The position numbers were made by a program, and so were the translations under genes. A stretch of 64,000 nt of DNA, taken from positions 15,314,001 to 15,378,000 of the forward strand of contig CM106585.1 of the NCBI GenBank assembly GCA_048013815.1, written 5' to 3'. This document shows, in pieces, positions 49,144 through 60,816 of this stretch (positions within the stretch are counted from its first letter, which is position 1; the number at the start of each line of letters is the position of its first letter). Under the pieces are notes generated by a model. It was given only the letters and a program-made list of their open reading frames with translations, ran no database searches and was not told where the DNA came from. This DNA comes from Setoptus koraiensis. Its lineage: Eukaryota > Animalia > Arthropoda.

Positions 49144-51572
49144 CTTGTATGTATGTATGTGTGGATGTGTGTGTGTGTGTGTTTATGTGTGTTTGTTGAA
49201 TGTCAACAGCAATTGATTAGTTGCCGCTGTTACGTAAGAGATAAAAACAATCTAATTGCTGGTGCTGGTCGCTGATGAAATTTAGTGCCAGCAATGCCCA
49301 CTTGAGGCTTCTTGTCTAGATGTGTGTATGGCTAGTGACAGGTTGAATTGATTCAATGATCCAATAATTCAATAACGATGATAAATGTATCTTGGAGATA
49401 CGAATGTGAATACTATGAGTTCGAACCGATTGTGTGTGTGTGTGTGTGTGTTCTATGAGGCCTAAGGATTTGCTGTTGGTGTTACTAGATCATCATCTTA
49501 GTTGCATCATTTCTGGATTTGTGTAGTATAGGGTGACGTATTGTTGTTGTTGTTGTTATTCGCAAAGAAATAAGCTTGATATAGTACACTATCCTTTCTT
49601 TTTTTTTCTTTTTACACTTCATGTGTAAGTGAGGGTGTGTTGTGTGTGCGTGTGTGTGTATGAGGCAAACAAATTGGTATTTTCTAATCAATATAATATA
49701 TATATATGTATATATTATATATATTTATAATCACTTGGTGGTATAACAAACAAATCGGTGTCAATCACAATAGTGGTAGGCAGACACACTTACACGCACA
49801 CACACACACACGCACGCACACACAGATCTAGGCGAATAATAGCAGGCTAATGATGGTAATAGTATTAATAATATTATTGGTTGATATTATTATTAATTAT
49901 TTGAAAATAATAATATTTGCAATAGTGACGACGACGATTATTGTGATGATCTTGATGATTATTATTGGTATAGTTGCTTGTTATTACATTGTCACTTGTT
50001 TGTCTTGTCAATAGTAGATACTGTTGCATGATGATTGGCTTGAGACGACGATCATTAGTATTATTTCTACATCTAGGCCTACTGCTACGACGATAACGAA
50101 TATTATTATTATTATTGAATAGCTTTCCGTTGTTGCTTGTACCCATTTAAGACAGGCACCGGCGCTATTGTTGCTATTACTCGTTACTATTACTCGTGTA
50201 TCAATAGTGTGTGTGTCCTATCTGGCTTCTGTGGTTGCAATCTTGTGGCGCAAAACTATTTGCCAGATACGGCGACGAGCAAATTATTACTATTCTTCGT
50301 CTTCTAATTCTCTCCAATCCTTCGTCATAACAAAATTGTGTGTATCATCTTGAGGGCGCCTCCATTTGATGGTTCTCTCTTCTCTGTCTGATTATGTGAG
50401 CGTGATGTGATGTGATGCGATGCAATTATAACGATAACTGGTAATAACTGGTTGCTTGATTGGAAAAAACTAACAAGGCTACGCGGTTACGTAATTCGGT
50501 GATGATAACAATAGTGAAGATAATGATATTCAATGATGATTATTTTCAATTATAATAATAATAATTCACGAGACAAACAGACAGACAAAGGAGAGGATGC
50601 AATCAATTAATGTTTTTCTGTGGTATCAGCGCTGCGAATTGTATATTTTCTGAGCTCAATCTTGTGTCCGTCTGTCTGCATAGAGCGAGTATAGAAGCTT
50701 GCAGATAGTTCGATCGGCAATAGTTCTCTCTTTTTTGATGGTTGCCTCATGTGTGTCTGTTGTGTGTGTGCGTGTGCGTGCGAACGAACGAACGAACTAA
50801 CGAGAGTGAGAGAGTGAGTGAGTTGGTTAGTGTGTTGTTATGCGATGTGTGTGTGTGTCTGTGTGTGTGTGTGTGTGAGCAATTAGTTCCCTACTCATTC
50901 GCTGCCACTCTTGTACTATATGTCGCTGCACACTGCACTATACAGGCGCAGTCAATTTGAAATTCATATCTAATAATATGCAACAATATTAATGTGTGTG
51001 TACTATATATGACGATTAGTTCTATGACTGTATTTTAGAGTTGAATCCTTTGATACACTACTGGCACACAGACGCAGCGCACAGACGAGCGCAGCAGAAC
51101 AATATCGCCACTGCTAACTAACTTGATAATTGTTGTAATAATTCTATTGATGCCTACCAATAATAACATCAACCGTGTGTGTGTGTGTGTGTGTGATGCT
51201 GACGATGAATTTGAATTTAGTGGGGGCTTCAACAGTTTCTCCGTCTGTCTCCCTCCCTTGTGTGTTACTATTCTCTCACTATGGATCAAACATACAGTGT
51301 GGATAGACAATATTGGCGGCGGTGGTTAGTGGTTGTTGTTGTTGTTGTGTTCCAGTCACATTCGGCATCATATAGATGCAATTTTTAGAGATGGAGGAGT
51401 AAGAGAAAGAGGCAACTGTGTGTAATTGTCTGCCTGCTCGTCTGTCTATCTTTGTATGTGTGTGCGTGTGTGTGTAGACGCGAGCGAGCGAGCGAAAGAG
51501 GGAAAGAACTCTCAAATCGAACTACTGACGCTCTAGTGTGTGTGTGTGAGCGAGTCACAGTGAGCGAGTGAG

Positions 51573-51605
<33 letters not shown>

Positions 51606-51860
51606 AAGAGAGGGAGAGAGAGTGTGCAAAATCGAATGATTGCTCGCGTAACAATCTTGCGTCTGATAGGAAACAACTCATAGCAAGCTATGAAAGTGCT
51701 TTTGTGCATTTCTATGCCACCGCCACTACCATTGCCATTGCGACTGCCACCACAACTGCACACTCTGCTGCTCAAGCTTTAGCGATTCGAAAGTTTTGCG
51801 CGTATCACAACAGGAACCCGCCCATCGTCGCATTGTTTGTGCTAGGTGGTTGTGTAACTA

Positions 51861-51893
<33 letters not shown>

Positions 51894-52486
51894 ACACACA
51901 CAAGCCTGTATGTGTGCGAATGTTTGTGTGTGAGTGTGTGTGTGTGTGTGTGTGGCGCGCAGACACACGGAGCACATTTGACGCACACACAGACAGACAC
52001 AATCAAAATGTGGGCTTATGTAAGAACGTGCGGCTTGGTAGGTTAGCGCGAAACACTTTCTAATGAACACCAACAGTGACACAGTTTGCGCTTTGTGCAC
52101 TTGTAAACCGAGCACACACGCCAGATTAGACAGCGGTGCCCTTGTGCCCATTACATCAGCGCTGTCGTATATATATATATATCTATTATATATTATTATA
52201 TATATTTATATATATGTTATTGCCAGTGTGCAGTTGTTTGGCAAGTTGTCGAGTGTGTACAGTCGCGGCTCGACTTGTTGTTGTATAATAATGATAATGA
52301 TAATCAAACATCATACTCTACCATACTACATATAGTACAGTGGTGCTGCTGGTGTTATCAGCCGGCGCACTGTGAGCAGCGAACCAACAAAATGTTCCCC
52401 TTGCCCCGCGTGTGTTTGCCCCAAGTTCGAAATTCGAACGCGCCACAGAGACTCTCCGTGAGAGAGCCCACGCTTATCTTTGGATC

Positions 52487-52537
52487 GGCTCTGGATTGGT
52501 GGCGGCTCTGGATTGGTGGCGGCTCTAGATTGGTGGC
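52487..52537. repeat. 17-bp tandem repeat (GGCTCTGGATTGGTGGC) x3, each containing an inverted CCAAT
   Basis: Read directly; a reverse-oriented CCGCCAATCCA follows at ~52558-52568. Confidence 0.85.
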
Positions 52538-53682
52538 GGCGCGCGATGCAACGAGGCCCGCCAATCCAAGGCTGGCCCTCTCTACATGCTTGCCCATTGC
52601 AACAACTCATTATTATCGCACGGACTGGTCTGTTCACGCCTCACTCAGATACAAGTGTCTACAGGGGCACTCGCGCAGCCCGTCTCGCTGGTACCAGTGG
52701 CCAGCAGTGTGTGGCGAGTCTGAGTTGCGACGACACTCGCTGTCCGCCTCTACCCGAGCGGCATGACACAGCCATGAATCATGGAGCCCACTACAACTAG
52801 CAAACTGTTGTAATGGTTATGGACAAAAATTAAGGCCGCTTTATTTATGTGAGTGCGCTCAAGGAATTGAAGAGCACAGCCAGCGTCAACTGCAACGGGC
52901 AAAGCAACCGCATGTATGCATACACTATATCACACATAAACACATAAAACTGTACTGGTGCCATGGCAAACTAGTGGATGTAATATTGCCCTTGGAAACA
53001 GGCCCAGCGCTTGCGTAACTGGCACATGTGCAAGAATGTGTGCGCCGGTGCACACATTGTGGACGCGCAGGCACACGCAGCGGCGCAGCCGACGACGGTG
53101 TTGCTGCGGGCTCGAACGGCCCGACACTGTTGCCAACAATCTGTTGGGCCAATAGGCTCACAGTGCGTACAGTTCCCTTGTCAGCGGGCTCAGTGGGCGC
53201 GTACAGAATACTATTATGAGAACAGTGCTGCTTATACGCGCGTTACGCATGCCACTTGCGATTTTACCCGACGACGCAACCATGCTATGGCTGCCATACT
53301 ACGCTCACCATACTACGCTTACCATAGGCATTGTGGTGTTAGTGTGTGTGTGTGTGTGTAGTTGTTATGTAAGCCCGCACAATCGTGTGAATCTCGGCGG
53401 TCTTACATCGACTGCGCTGGGCAAGTTCGCCGCGTTGCTTGTAATCGTATCAAGTTGGTGGCAATCGCAGCGGCCAGGTAATGCATCAGCCAGCCGAGAA
53501 GAACCGCCGACAGTTGCGAGAGCCATCGCGCAGCAAACAGTGCAAGAATATAACAATAAATGCTGCACGAACTGTTGTTGTTCTTGCTAGTGGCTGCGTC
53601 TCGGAGCCACGAGAACAGTTGTTGCATAATCTCTCTCTCTCCCTCTTTCTCTGTCTCACACGCACACACCAACACACACACC

Positions 53683-53724
<42 letters not shown>

Positions 53725-54373
53725 CCAACACACACACACACACGCACACGCACAGCAACTCCGCCACGAGATTATGCAACAACTGCTTGCGGCTCCAAAG
53801 GTACGTCCAAGTGAGAGCTCAACAGTGTAGCACACAAGCCATCGGCACCGCGTCAGGTTCCACATGAACTGTTGCATCTGCGCATGGTTGTCGTCGTTCT
53901 ATTGATTCGCCACAATACAACATTTACGCACACATTATAGTAATGCACGTTCTTCACCCATTGTGACGAGATGAAAAGAACAACACAACACCATCAGCTA
54001 TTTTTTTAATATCTTTTTAGACAACTTCTCTCTCCCTCTCTCATATGTCTGTGTGAGAACTGCCAGACCGGCAGACAGTTTGCAATATCGGTGCATCAGG
54101 CCTGTGCTATCAATTGCCTATATCATGTCTTAAACAAATACTGAGGCTAGTTCGGCGCCACTGTCGTTGATCGTGCCGGCCGTTGCATAAGCTACATAAT
54201 CAATTATGTGTGCCTTATGCAACTTGTCGCGGCAGTTGCAGTGCTCGTGCAACAGGTAATGGCAACCCCAAACGGAGCCTGCGAACGAGGCCGACAGCGC
54301 AATGATCGAATGTCACCGCTAAAACGACAATACACTCATTTAATTACTGAGGTCAATAATACAAATAATTAAT

Positions 54374-54379
54374 TTTATT
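54374..54379 (-). promoter_or_regulatory. Candidate polyadenylation signal for synaptojanin (AATAAA on -)
   Basis: TTTATT on + about 150 nt past the Synj stop, in an AT-rich stretch. Confidence 0.45.
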
Positions 54380-54530
54380 ACTATTATGCTCTGTTCACTA
54401 TTTGTAGTCTGTCCAAATTTTAATTCAAAATCTAAAATCTATCCTCAATTCGTGTAACAAATGGCTAAGCTGGCGACAGAAACAACAGCACATTATAATA
54501 TCGTTTTGCTCTGATGGTGAAATCATTCAA

Positions 54531-57500
54531 TTATGCCCAACTTTCTGAACTGCGGGTCGGTATGGGCGGAGGCGGTGCCTTTCTAACTGGTCTGGTTGGT
54601 GGCACCAGTTGTAGGGTACCACAAACCGGTGGTGTTGACGGCAACGGTGGTGGCGGCATTGAGGGCGGTGGTTTACTTTCATACTCCACTATACTGGACA
54701 ATTCCATAAGATCGGATGTATCGCCCAGTCCCACTGGACTGTGATGTTCAGGTGGATGGTCCGGATGGTCATCGAACAGATCAATTGTAGGCACACTAAC
54801 ACTACCCGTATTATGACCCATGCAACTCTGTAGGATTAGATTTTCGCTAGATTTACCATATTTGCTGTTGTCGTCCTCCAGAAATTGAACCAATAGATTA
54901 TCGTTGTCGCTATCACAAAATGACTCTGACTCCACTAAAGGCCCGATGCTTTTGTTTAGCTCCTGAGCTACTTGATCTTCATCGTCCTCCAGTACAACTC
55001 TTGGACGTTCACCTGTTATCATGTTGATTGTGTTGTCTCTGGCCAATGATAGTTCATCCTTGATTATTTTGCTCCAATTCTGAGATGTCAACTGTATGTC
55101 CAACACAAAATGAGTGCCCAAACTGATTCTATTCAATTTGAGGGCCTTCAATGCAGTTTTACCGTCGCGAAAAGCCACTTTTAGTTTGTCGTTATCAACG
55201 AATCTCGCTAACACTATCTCGCCAGCCTCGTCGGCCAACAACTTCAGTATTGTCTCCACATTTCTGGCATCTCCAATGTCGAGAGTGGTTTCGTCATATG
55301 GGTCAATCAAACGTATGAGAATGGTCGAGTCTGGTGGTCCGCACTCCATCAAGACATTCTCAAATACTTCATTTCTCTTTCTGCTGTCGACATTTAGCAC
55401 TTCAATTTCGTATTCGGCAACCACTGGCCTATGATCCGATGACATCAGCTCTATCCTGTTGTAAAATTTGATTTGCTCACTATTAGTTAATAATTCATTG
55501 TGATGAGTAATGTGACGCTTCCTAAACAAAATCCTATCTGTCCAGGCGGGTGTCCGACATTTTTCACTAGTATCATAATCGCTGCTATTCATATTATACT
55601 TATAAGTAGGTTCAAACGTTATCTTTCCTTCGACGTAATCCTTGAAAGCAGTTCCCTCTCTTCGGGATATTCTCAATTGATCATACTCAAGCAGACTCTC
55701 AACATCCTTTCTCTTTAGGGTCCTTCTGGCATCTTCGTTTGAGATTCTATCCAAACGATAGTTAAAGTCACCGCACCAAAATATATAGTCATGTGAGTTT
55801 ATCGATCTGCCCACGGGGAATTGTAAGCGACGTGTTATTTCATTATAATCGTCATTTCGCTCTTTAACCTGATTTTGGCCCGCTGCAAAGTGAGCGCAAA
55901 CAAAACATAACGAAGTAGATTTGTATCTCAAACGAATAGATACACCTCCTTTGTTGCCTGTGGCTCCTCTGAGGCCAGTTTTAACATGGTCAGTGGCCAC
56001 ATCCTTTACAAACGGTGTATTTGTTGCCCTAACAAAAACAAACAAACAAACCCCCACCAATTGAACTGATGTCACCAGTAAATATTGGTTCTCATTGCTT
56101 GAGATGGTTTTTCTAATATCAGCCAGCCATTGGCGTTGATTTTCACTGCTAGCAGCAACGATGTTGGAAGCGTTCAAATCTACAATTTCTTGAAAGCCTA
56201 TGGCATAAATATCAACAGGTTTTCTCGCGTTTTCCTCGGTCGTCATGGGTGAACCTGTGGACAATCTATAATCGACCAACCAGTCAGAGATTGGCCGGTT
56301 GTATCTCGGATCGGCCTTGAATTGCTTTCCGCCGTTTACATTCCAGGTTGCCACAACAACTTTGATTTTCTCAGGGTAACAGTATTCGAGGTAACGGTCA
56401 CACATGGATATGAGTATATTTGGCGGCGCTAGCCTAAAATAGTAGGGCAAGAGCAAACTAGAACGGTAATCATGATCCCTATTGAGTGGTTTACCAACAA
56501 CCAACAAATCAATTGCGCACTGTTTACTGCCATCAAGTAAATTGTTTTGTATAGTTCTGGCAACAGACAGAGTTCCGTCCTTTAAAATCGACTTGCCCTC
56601 AAGGGCTCCGGTGCCAGCATAGATGCGGCTGATGTGATCCCCATTTTGGACCCAGGCACTGTCGAAGACCTCTTTGAAATGTGGTATCAATCTTGCCGAT
56701 TCGTCCGGTCCGAACGAGCACACCAACATTCTGGTGAGCATTTTGAGCGCTATGAAAGATTGAAAGGAATTTGTACGATCCAGACAGTCTAAACAATTGA
56801 CTCGAAATATTCCCCTCTGTAACGATGTCGCTTGTCCTGATGATGACAGACGAAAAAATCCCTGCTCCTGGCATATTCGATCCAGTTGACAGGCGTACAA
56901 TTTTTCCAGATTGTCCTTGTTTCCACGCGGGCACAAACTGTGATAGTTGAAGTTGACAAAAGGAAACTCTTTGCCAGTAACAGAGGTCTTGTGGTGCGCA
57001 TTAAACAAATGATTCAAAATCGTCTCACTATCTTTGGAGCCTAACAAATTGACCACGGTGACATTGGTGTAGCGTTCCTTGAGCGACAGCATGTGCTTAT
57101 CGTAGGCCGGTTGCGATATCTCGCTTCCTCGTGACATTTTTAATCGGTGCGAGCCCACTTGGAGACCGGGTTGTTCCCAGAATAACGGTATGGACCCTCT
57201 AACAATGATATACGACAGTAAATCATTGTTTCCGACAAACACCAGTTGTTCTGTTTCGACAAAATTGGCAACATGACCATTGTCATCGACGCCCCTAACA
57301 TTGAATCGGGTGCCCGCTCTCTCGCAGCTCACTCGAGATATCACGGCGGCTCTCAATTGTTGACCCACTATATACAGGGTGGTGATGTTTACACCGCCAC
57401 AAATGGTCTTGACCAACCATTTGCCAGTGCTGACATTGTAACGTTCAAGATGTCTAAATAGTACCCTGTTCCAGAAGAATCTATTATCGGTGGTGCTGGT

Positions 57501-58010
57501 GAGTCGGGCCCGTTGTGCCGACAGCGTGATATCGTAATCTCGGGCGCTGCTGTTGTTGTTGTTGTTGCTGCCGGGCTGGCTAGGTGGCGGGGTATGGGCA
57601 AAATAGAAGGCCCCCGAATTGAATAACCTTCTGACTCCCTGGATGATTTGTGTGTCGCCCGAATTGTTTCTCAGCGACAACAGCACCGTGTCGGTTATTC
57701 TGAATATCTCTGATTGTTGTATTCTGCCCACTGAAACACAGCCAGTCACCAGCACCAGATAGAGTATATTTTTGGATTCCTCGTGAGAAAATTGCAGCAC
57801 ACCCAAGCACGCGTAGCCGTCCTTTATTTTTGTGTAACTATCCTGTCTCCTGATTTGCTCCGTCTCCTCGGCGTCGAGAACGGCCACAGCTCCGGCCTCA
57901 AAAACGAGACTCTCGTGGTTATTTTGACTGGTGGTTCGTTGCAACAATACCGAATACGTTCCATTTGTTTCGCGTTTGCCCGAAACAATCAGCGATTTAG
58001 GAATGGCCAT
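54531..58010 (-). CDS. Synj: Synaptojanin (SAC1 + inositol polyphosphate 5-phosphatase), intronless, 1159 aa
   Basis: Single ORF. The first ATG is at 58010 (MAIPKSLIV), matching the usual synaptojanin N-terminus. SAC1 motifs RAGTRFNVRGVDDNGHVANFVETEQ and catalytic RVNCLDCLDRTN (CX5RT); 5-phosphatase motifs TWNVNGG, IGFQEIVDL, WCGDFNYRL, PTYKY..RTPAWTDRIL, SDHRPV; short Pro-rich tail. Confidence 0.96.
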   Translation of the reverse strand: MAIPKSLIVSGKRETNGTYSVLLQRTTSQNNHESLVFEAGAVAVLDAEETEQIRRQDSYTKIKDGYACLGVLQFSHEESKNILYLVLVTGCVSVGRIQQSEIFRITDTVLLSLRNNSGDTQIIQGVRRLFNSGAFYFAHTPPPSQPGSNNNNNSSARDYDITLSAQRARLTSTTDNRFFWNRVLFRHLERYNVSTGKWLVKTICGGVNITTLYIVGQQLRAAVISRVSCERAGTRFNVRGVDDNGHVANFVETEQLVFVGNNDLLSYIIVRGSIPLFWEQPGLQVGSHRLKMSRGSEISQPAYDKHMLSLKERYTNVTVVNLLGSKDSETILNHLFNAHHKTSVTGKEFPFVNFNYHSLCPRGNKDNLEKLYACQLDRICQEQGFFRLSSSGQATSLQRGIFRVNCLDCLDRTNSFQSFIALKMLTRMLVCSFGPDESARLIPHFKEVFDSAWVQNGDHISRIYAGTGALEGKSILKDGTLSVARTIQNNLLDGSKQCAIDLLVVGKPLNRDHDYRSSLLLPYYFRLAPPNILISMCDRYLEYCYPEKIKVVVATWNVNGGKQFKADPRYNRPISDWLVDYRLSTGSPMTTEENARKPVDIYAIGFQEIVDLNASNIVAASSENQRQWLADIRKTISSNENQYLLVTSVQLVGVCLFVFVRATNTPFVKDVATDHVKTGLRGATGNKGGVSIRLRYKSTSLCFVCAHFAAGQNQVKERNDDYNEITRRLQFPVGRSINSHDYIFWCGDFNYRLDRISNEDARRTLKRKDVESLLEYDQLRISRREGTAFKDYVEGKITFEPTYKYNMNSSDYDTSEKCRTPAWTDRILFRKRHITHHNELLTNSEQIKFYNRIELMSSDHRPVVAEYEIEVLNVDSRKRNEVFENVLMECGPPDSTILIRLIDPYDETTLDIGDARNVETILKLLADEAGEIVLARFVDNDKLKVAFRDGKTALKALKLNRISLGTHFVLDIQLTSQNWSKIIKDELSLARDNTINMITGERPRVVLEDDEDQVAQELNKSIGPLVESESFCDSDNDNLLVQFLEDDNSKYGKSSENLILQSCMGHNTGSVSVPTIDLFDDHPDHPPEHHSPVGLGDTSDLMELSSIVEYESKPPPSMPPPPLPSTPPVCGTLQLVPPTRPVRKAPPPPIPTRSSESWA

Positions 58011-60267
58011 AATGGTTGAAAATCCTGCTCTATCCTGTATATATCTTCGAATGCACACACACACGTAAACAAACAATAAATGTTGATTCGTTTAGTTGGT
58101 TCGGTGCATGCTGTTTGCATATCTACGACACGATTGAAAATGATATATTTGTATATACATGAAATGGATGTATGTAATTGTATATAGTATAATAATATCG
58201 AGCTATGATGAAATGTTGATGGTCACTATTGTTGGCCCATCGATAATGATAAACAGTGTGTGGTGCAACAGCAACGACAATAACTGGAACTCATGGCCAC
58301 CATATGTCCATTGTCCTTATCTCTAGTCCCAGTGCGTTCCAAATAAAAACGTTATAACAATGCATGTAGTGTGTGTATGCAACGTTGCAAGTGGCGGCCA
58401 CATTTCATCCTCGGCTGCTAATTAACAATTGATGATTATTTGTTGTGTTTGTCACTATTGTCACTATCAATACAAATACTGTGTTTCCAGTTAATATATG
58501 CTAATTATAAACTGTTGTTTATTATTGCTTGCACACAATAATCAATCAATGTTCTTAGCAGGCTGTCTGGCTGACTGGCTGCTACAAATAGAGAATAAAT
58601 TTCTGCCGATTTGCACTGCCATCTCGTTGTAAAAGCAACGCCGATGTACGATCCAAATCACATAAGGAATCCATTCTGTGGAATCTGTATCATGCCATCG
58701 ATGCATTTATGCCGCAACTTTCATAGAGAATCTATGACGCAACTTGTGACCTGTTGCCCGATTTGTCTATCACAGCCAGTCGCCATGTTGAACAACAATA
58801 ACAACAACGACGACGACGACAACATTGTCACTTGCTCTCTTGGCACTGTTCTCCCTAACTGCGATTGATTTTTTGCAGCTTCGAATCCTCATTGTGCATT
58901 ACAATTTCCAGGGAATACAGTTGTTATCTTAGTCACCTGTTGTTGTGCCGTGCTACTGCCAACTGTTACTGTTACAGGTTGGATACACTGGCCATTGAGA
59001 TTGTGCCAGCAACGAAACTATGTCTCCTTGAGTGCGTCTGAGCAAAGCGGTTAGCCAAATAACTTTTACACAGTTAGATTTAATATATCTAGGCAAACTT
59101 CAGATTTACACCCTGAACAGAAGCCGGTGAGGCATACAAAGTGAAAAGCGAACCTGCTTTCACATGAAAAGTCTCAGTGCAGCAGCAAACCAGTATCTAC
59201 CTATTTAGGATGTTTTAGTGGACAAACCTTATTTGTTTCACAGTTCTAACCAACAAACAAACGAAATGCTTGACTTCGAACTTGCATTAGATCAAACAAA
59301 TCGTTTCGCGTCAATTCAGGACCATGAGTGACGTATTTTTGCTCGTCGTTCATCATTTGCTCTCTCTTGTCTCAACTTCACCTTTCCGGACAGAGTTACC
59401 CTGAAAGATTATTCCCTACATTAAAGTTCTCTAATAAGACTCTAATCAAGTTTGCAAGGCAGTAGCTGCCAAAAAAGCCTCTCTTGCCGATCGTAGCTTA
59501 AATGCGGACGAATGTTCTTATTTTCTTAAATTCCTCAGGAAATCCTACCAACTATGATCAAGTTTGCAAAAGAGCTCATATATAGTAAGAGCTGTAGTTT
59601 GTATAGTAACAAATCAGTAAATTCGTAATAAATTAGTGATGAACAACGTTATTTTGGGCCACTAAGGTTCCATTTCAGTATGGGTAAACTGCTAAATATT
59701 TAACGAATCCGTGAAGTGAAACGAGAGATGTGTACTCTTACTCTGACGTTGCAACGTATGGATGGGATGAACAGATTGCCTTGAGAGGGTCGTGGAATCT
59801 GTCCAGAACGTTTCAACAATTCAAATGAAATTGTTTACTTGAATTTTATTTTAGAGTCATGAGCGAAAGAGGTCTTTTGTCAGCACGTCATGGTGGCAAA
59901 TCGAGCTGCTGTTATCTAGGTTTCGACAATTGATGGAGTAGAAAGATCGTATAATAGAATATCAATGATTTCTTTTGCCTATTAAATTTCATTTTATCAG
60001 TAGTCTGAGCGGTATCGCACTATTCACCTACTGCTCTAGATGAGTGAATCATATTGGGAATCAGTGAGATCATTATTATATAGTTATCATGTACATATAA
60101 ATACTGCGGCTCAAACTTAGTCGATCTATCTAAGCTGCACAATAAGCACTTCTTACTAGTTGTAAGTTGTTTGCATATCGCAACAATACAAGAACAAATC
60201 ATCCCAAGTGAAATGCGGTGGTAAATTGAATATTTGAGAAGAGATACAGTAGGCTAAGCTCATCACG

Positions 60268-60816
60268 ATGTCTTGTAATAGTTTGAGAATTTCTCTTATT
60301 TTAGTCCTCTTGGCTGGTTTCTTGTTGACATATTGTCATGGAACCAAAAGCAATCATGTAAAACCTCGCGACGGACCAACCGAAGAAGAACAAGAAAAAA
60401 TAAAACTTCGTGAGAAGATAGATGAGTTTTGTGATAAGTGTGAGGATGAAGAATTGTGCCACGGTTACCTTGACGTTAGAGAGGAACTCAGTGCTTATGC
60501 TCGGTATTGGCAAGCGAACCGCTTGCCAATACCGTTCGGGGACGACCCAGCATGTAGGAGCAAATATGTGCCTGGACGAGAAAAACCGTATCCTGTAGAG
60601 GAGACCTGGAATTTGGATCAATATTGTGAAATTTGTATGTTTTGGTCGCCGAAAGGTAGTGAAAGATGCGCCTCTATGTATACTTTAGAAGAGGATTTAA
60701 AGGATTCGGACCCACGAATGCCTTGTCCTAAGCATTTCGAATTTTCGATTTGTATTCGAGTAAAACTCACTTTTATCAACAACACAATCATTTCGGGACG
60801 CGTTGTCCTGAAATAA
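60268..60816 (+). CDS. Orphan secreted cysteine-rich protein, 182 aa as read, two internal Cys repeats
   Basis: ATG-initiated, non-repetitive ORF in AT-rich DNA. N-terminal signal-peptide-like segment (LRISLILVLLAGFLLTYCHG), a charged mature region and two CxxC-containing repeats. I do not recognise the family. Confidence 0.75.
   Translation: MSCNSLRISLILVLLAGFLLTYCHGTKSNHVKPRDGPTEEEQEKIKLREKIDEFCDKCEDEELCHGYLDVREELSAYARYWQANRLPIPFGDDPACRSKYVPGREKPYPVEETWNLDQYCEICMFWSPKGSERCASMYTLEEDLKDSDPRMPCPKHFEFSICIRVKLTFINNTIISGRVVLK

Noticed and set aside
58735-58790. TATCACAGCCAG matching the first 12 nt of miR-2
   Set aside because: The upstream arm pairs for only ~6 bp, so there is no credible pre-miRNA hairpin, and the 3' half does not match.
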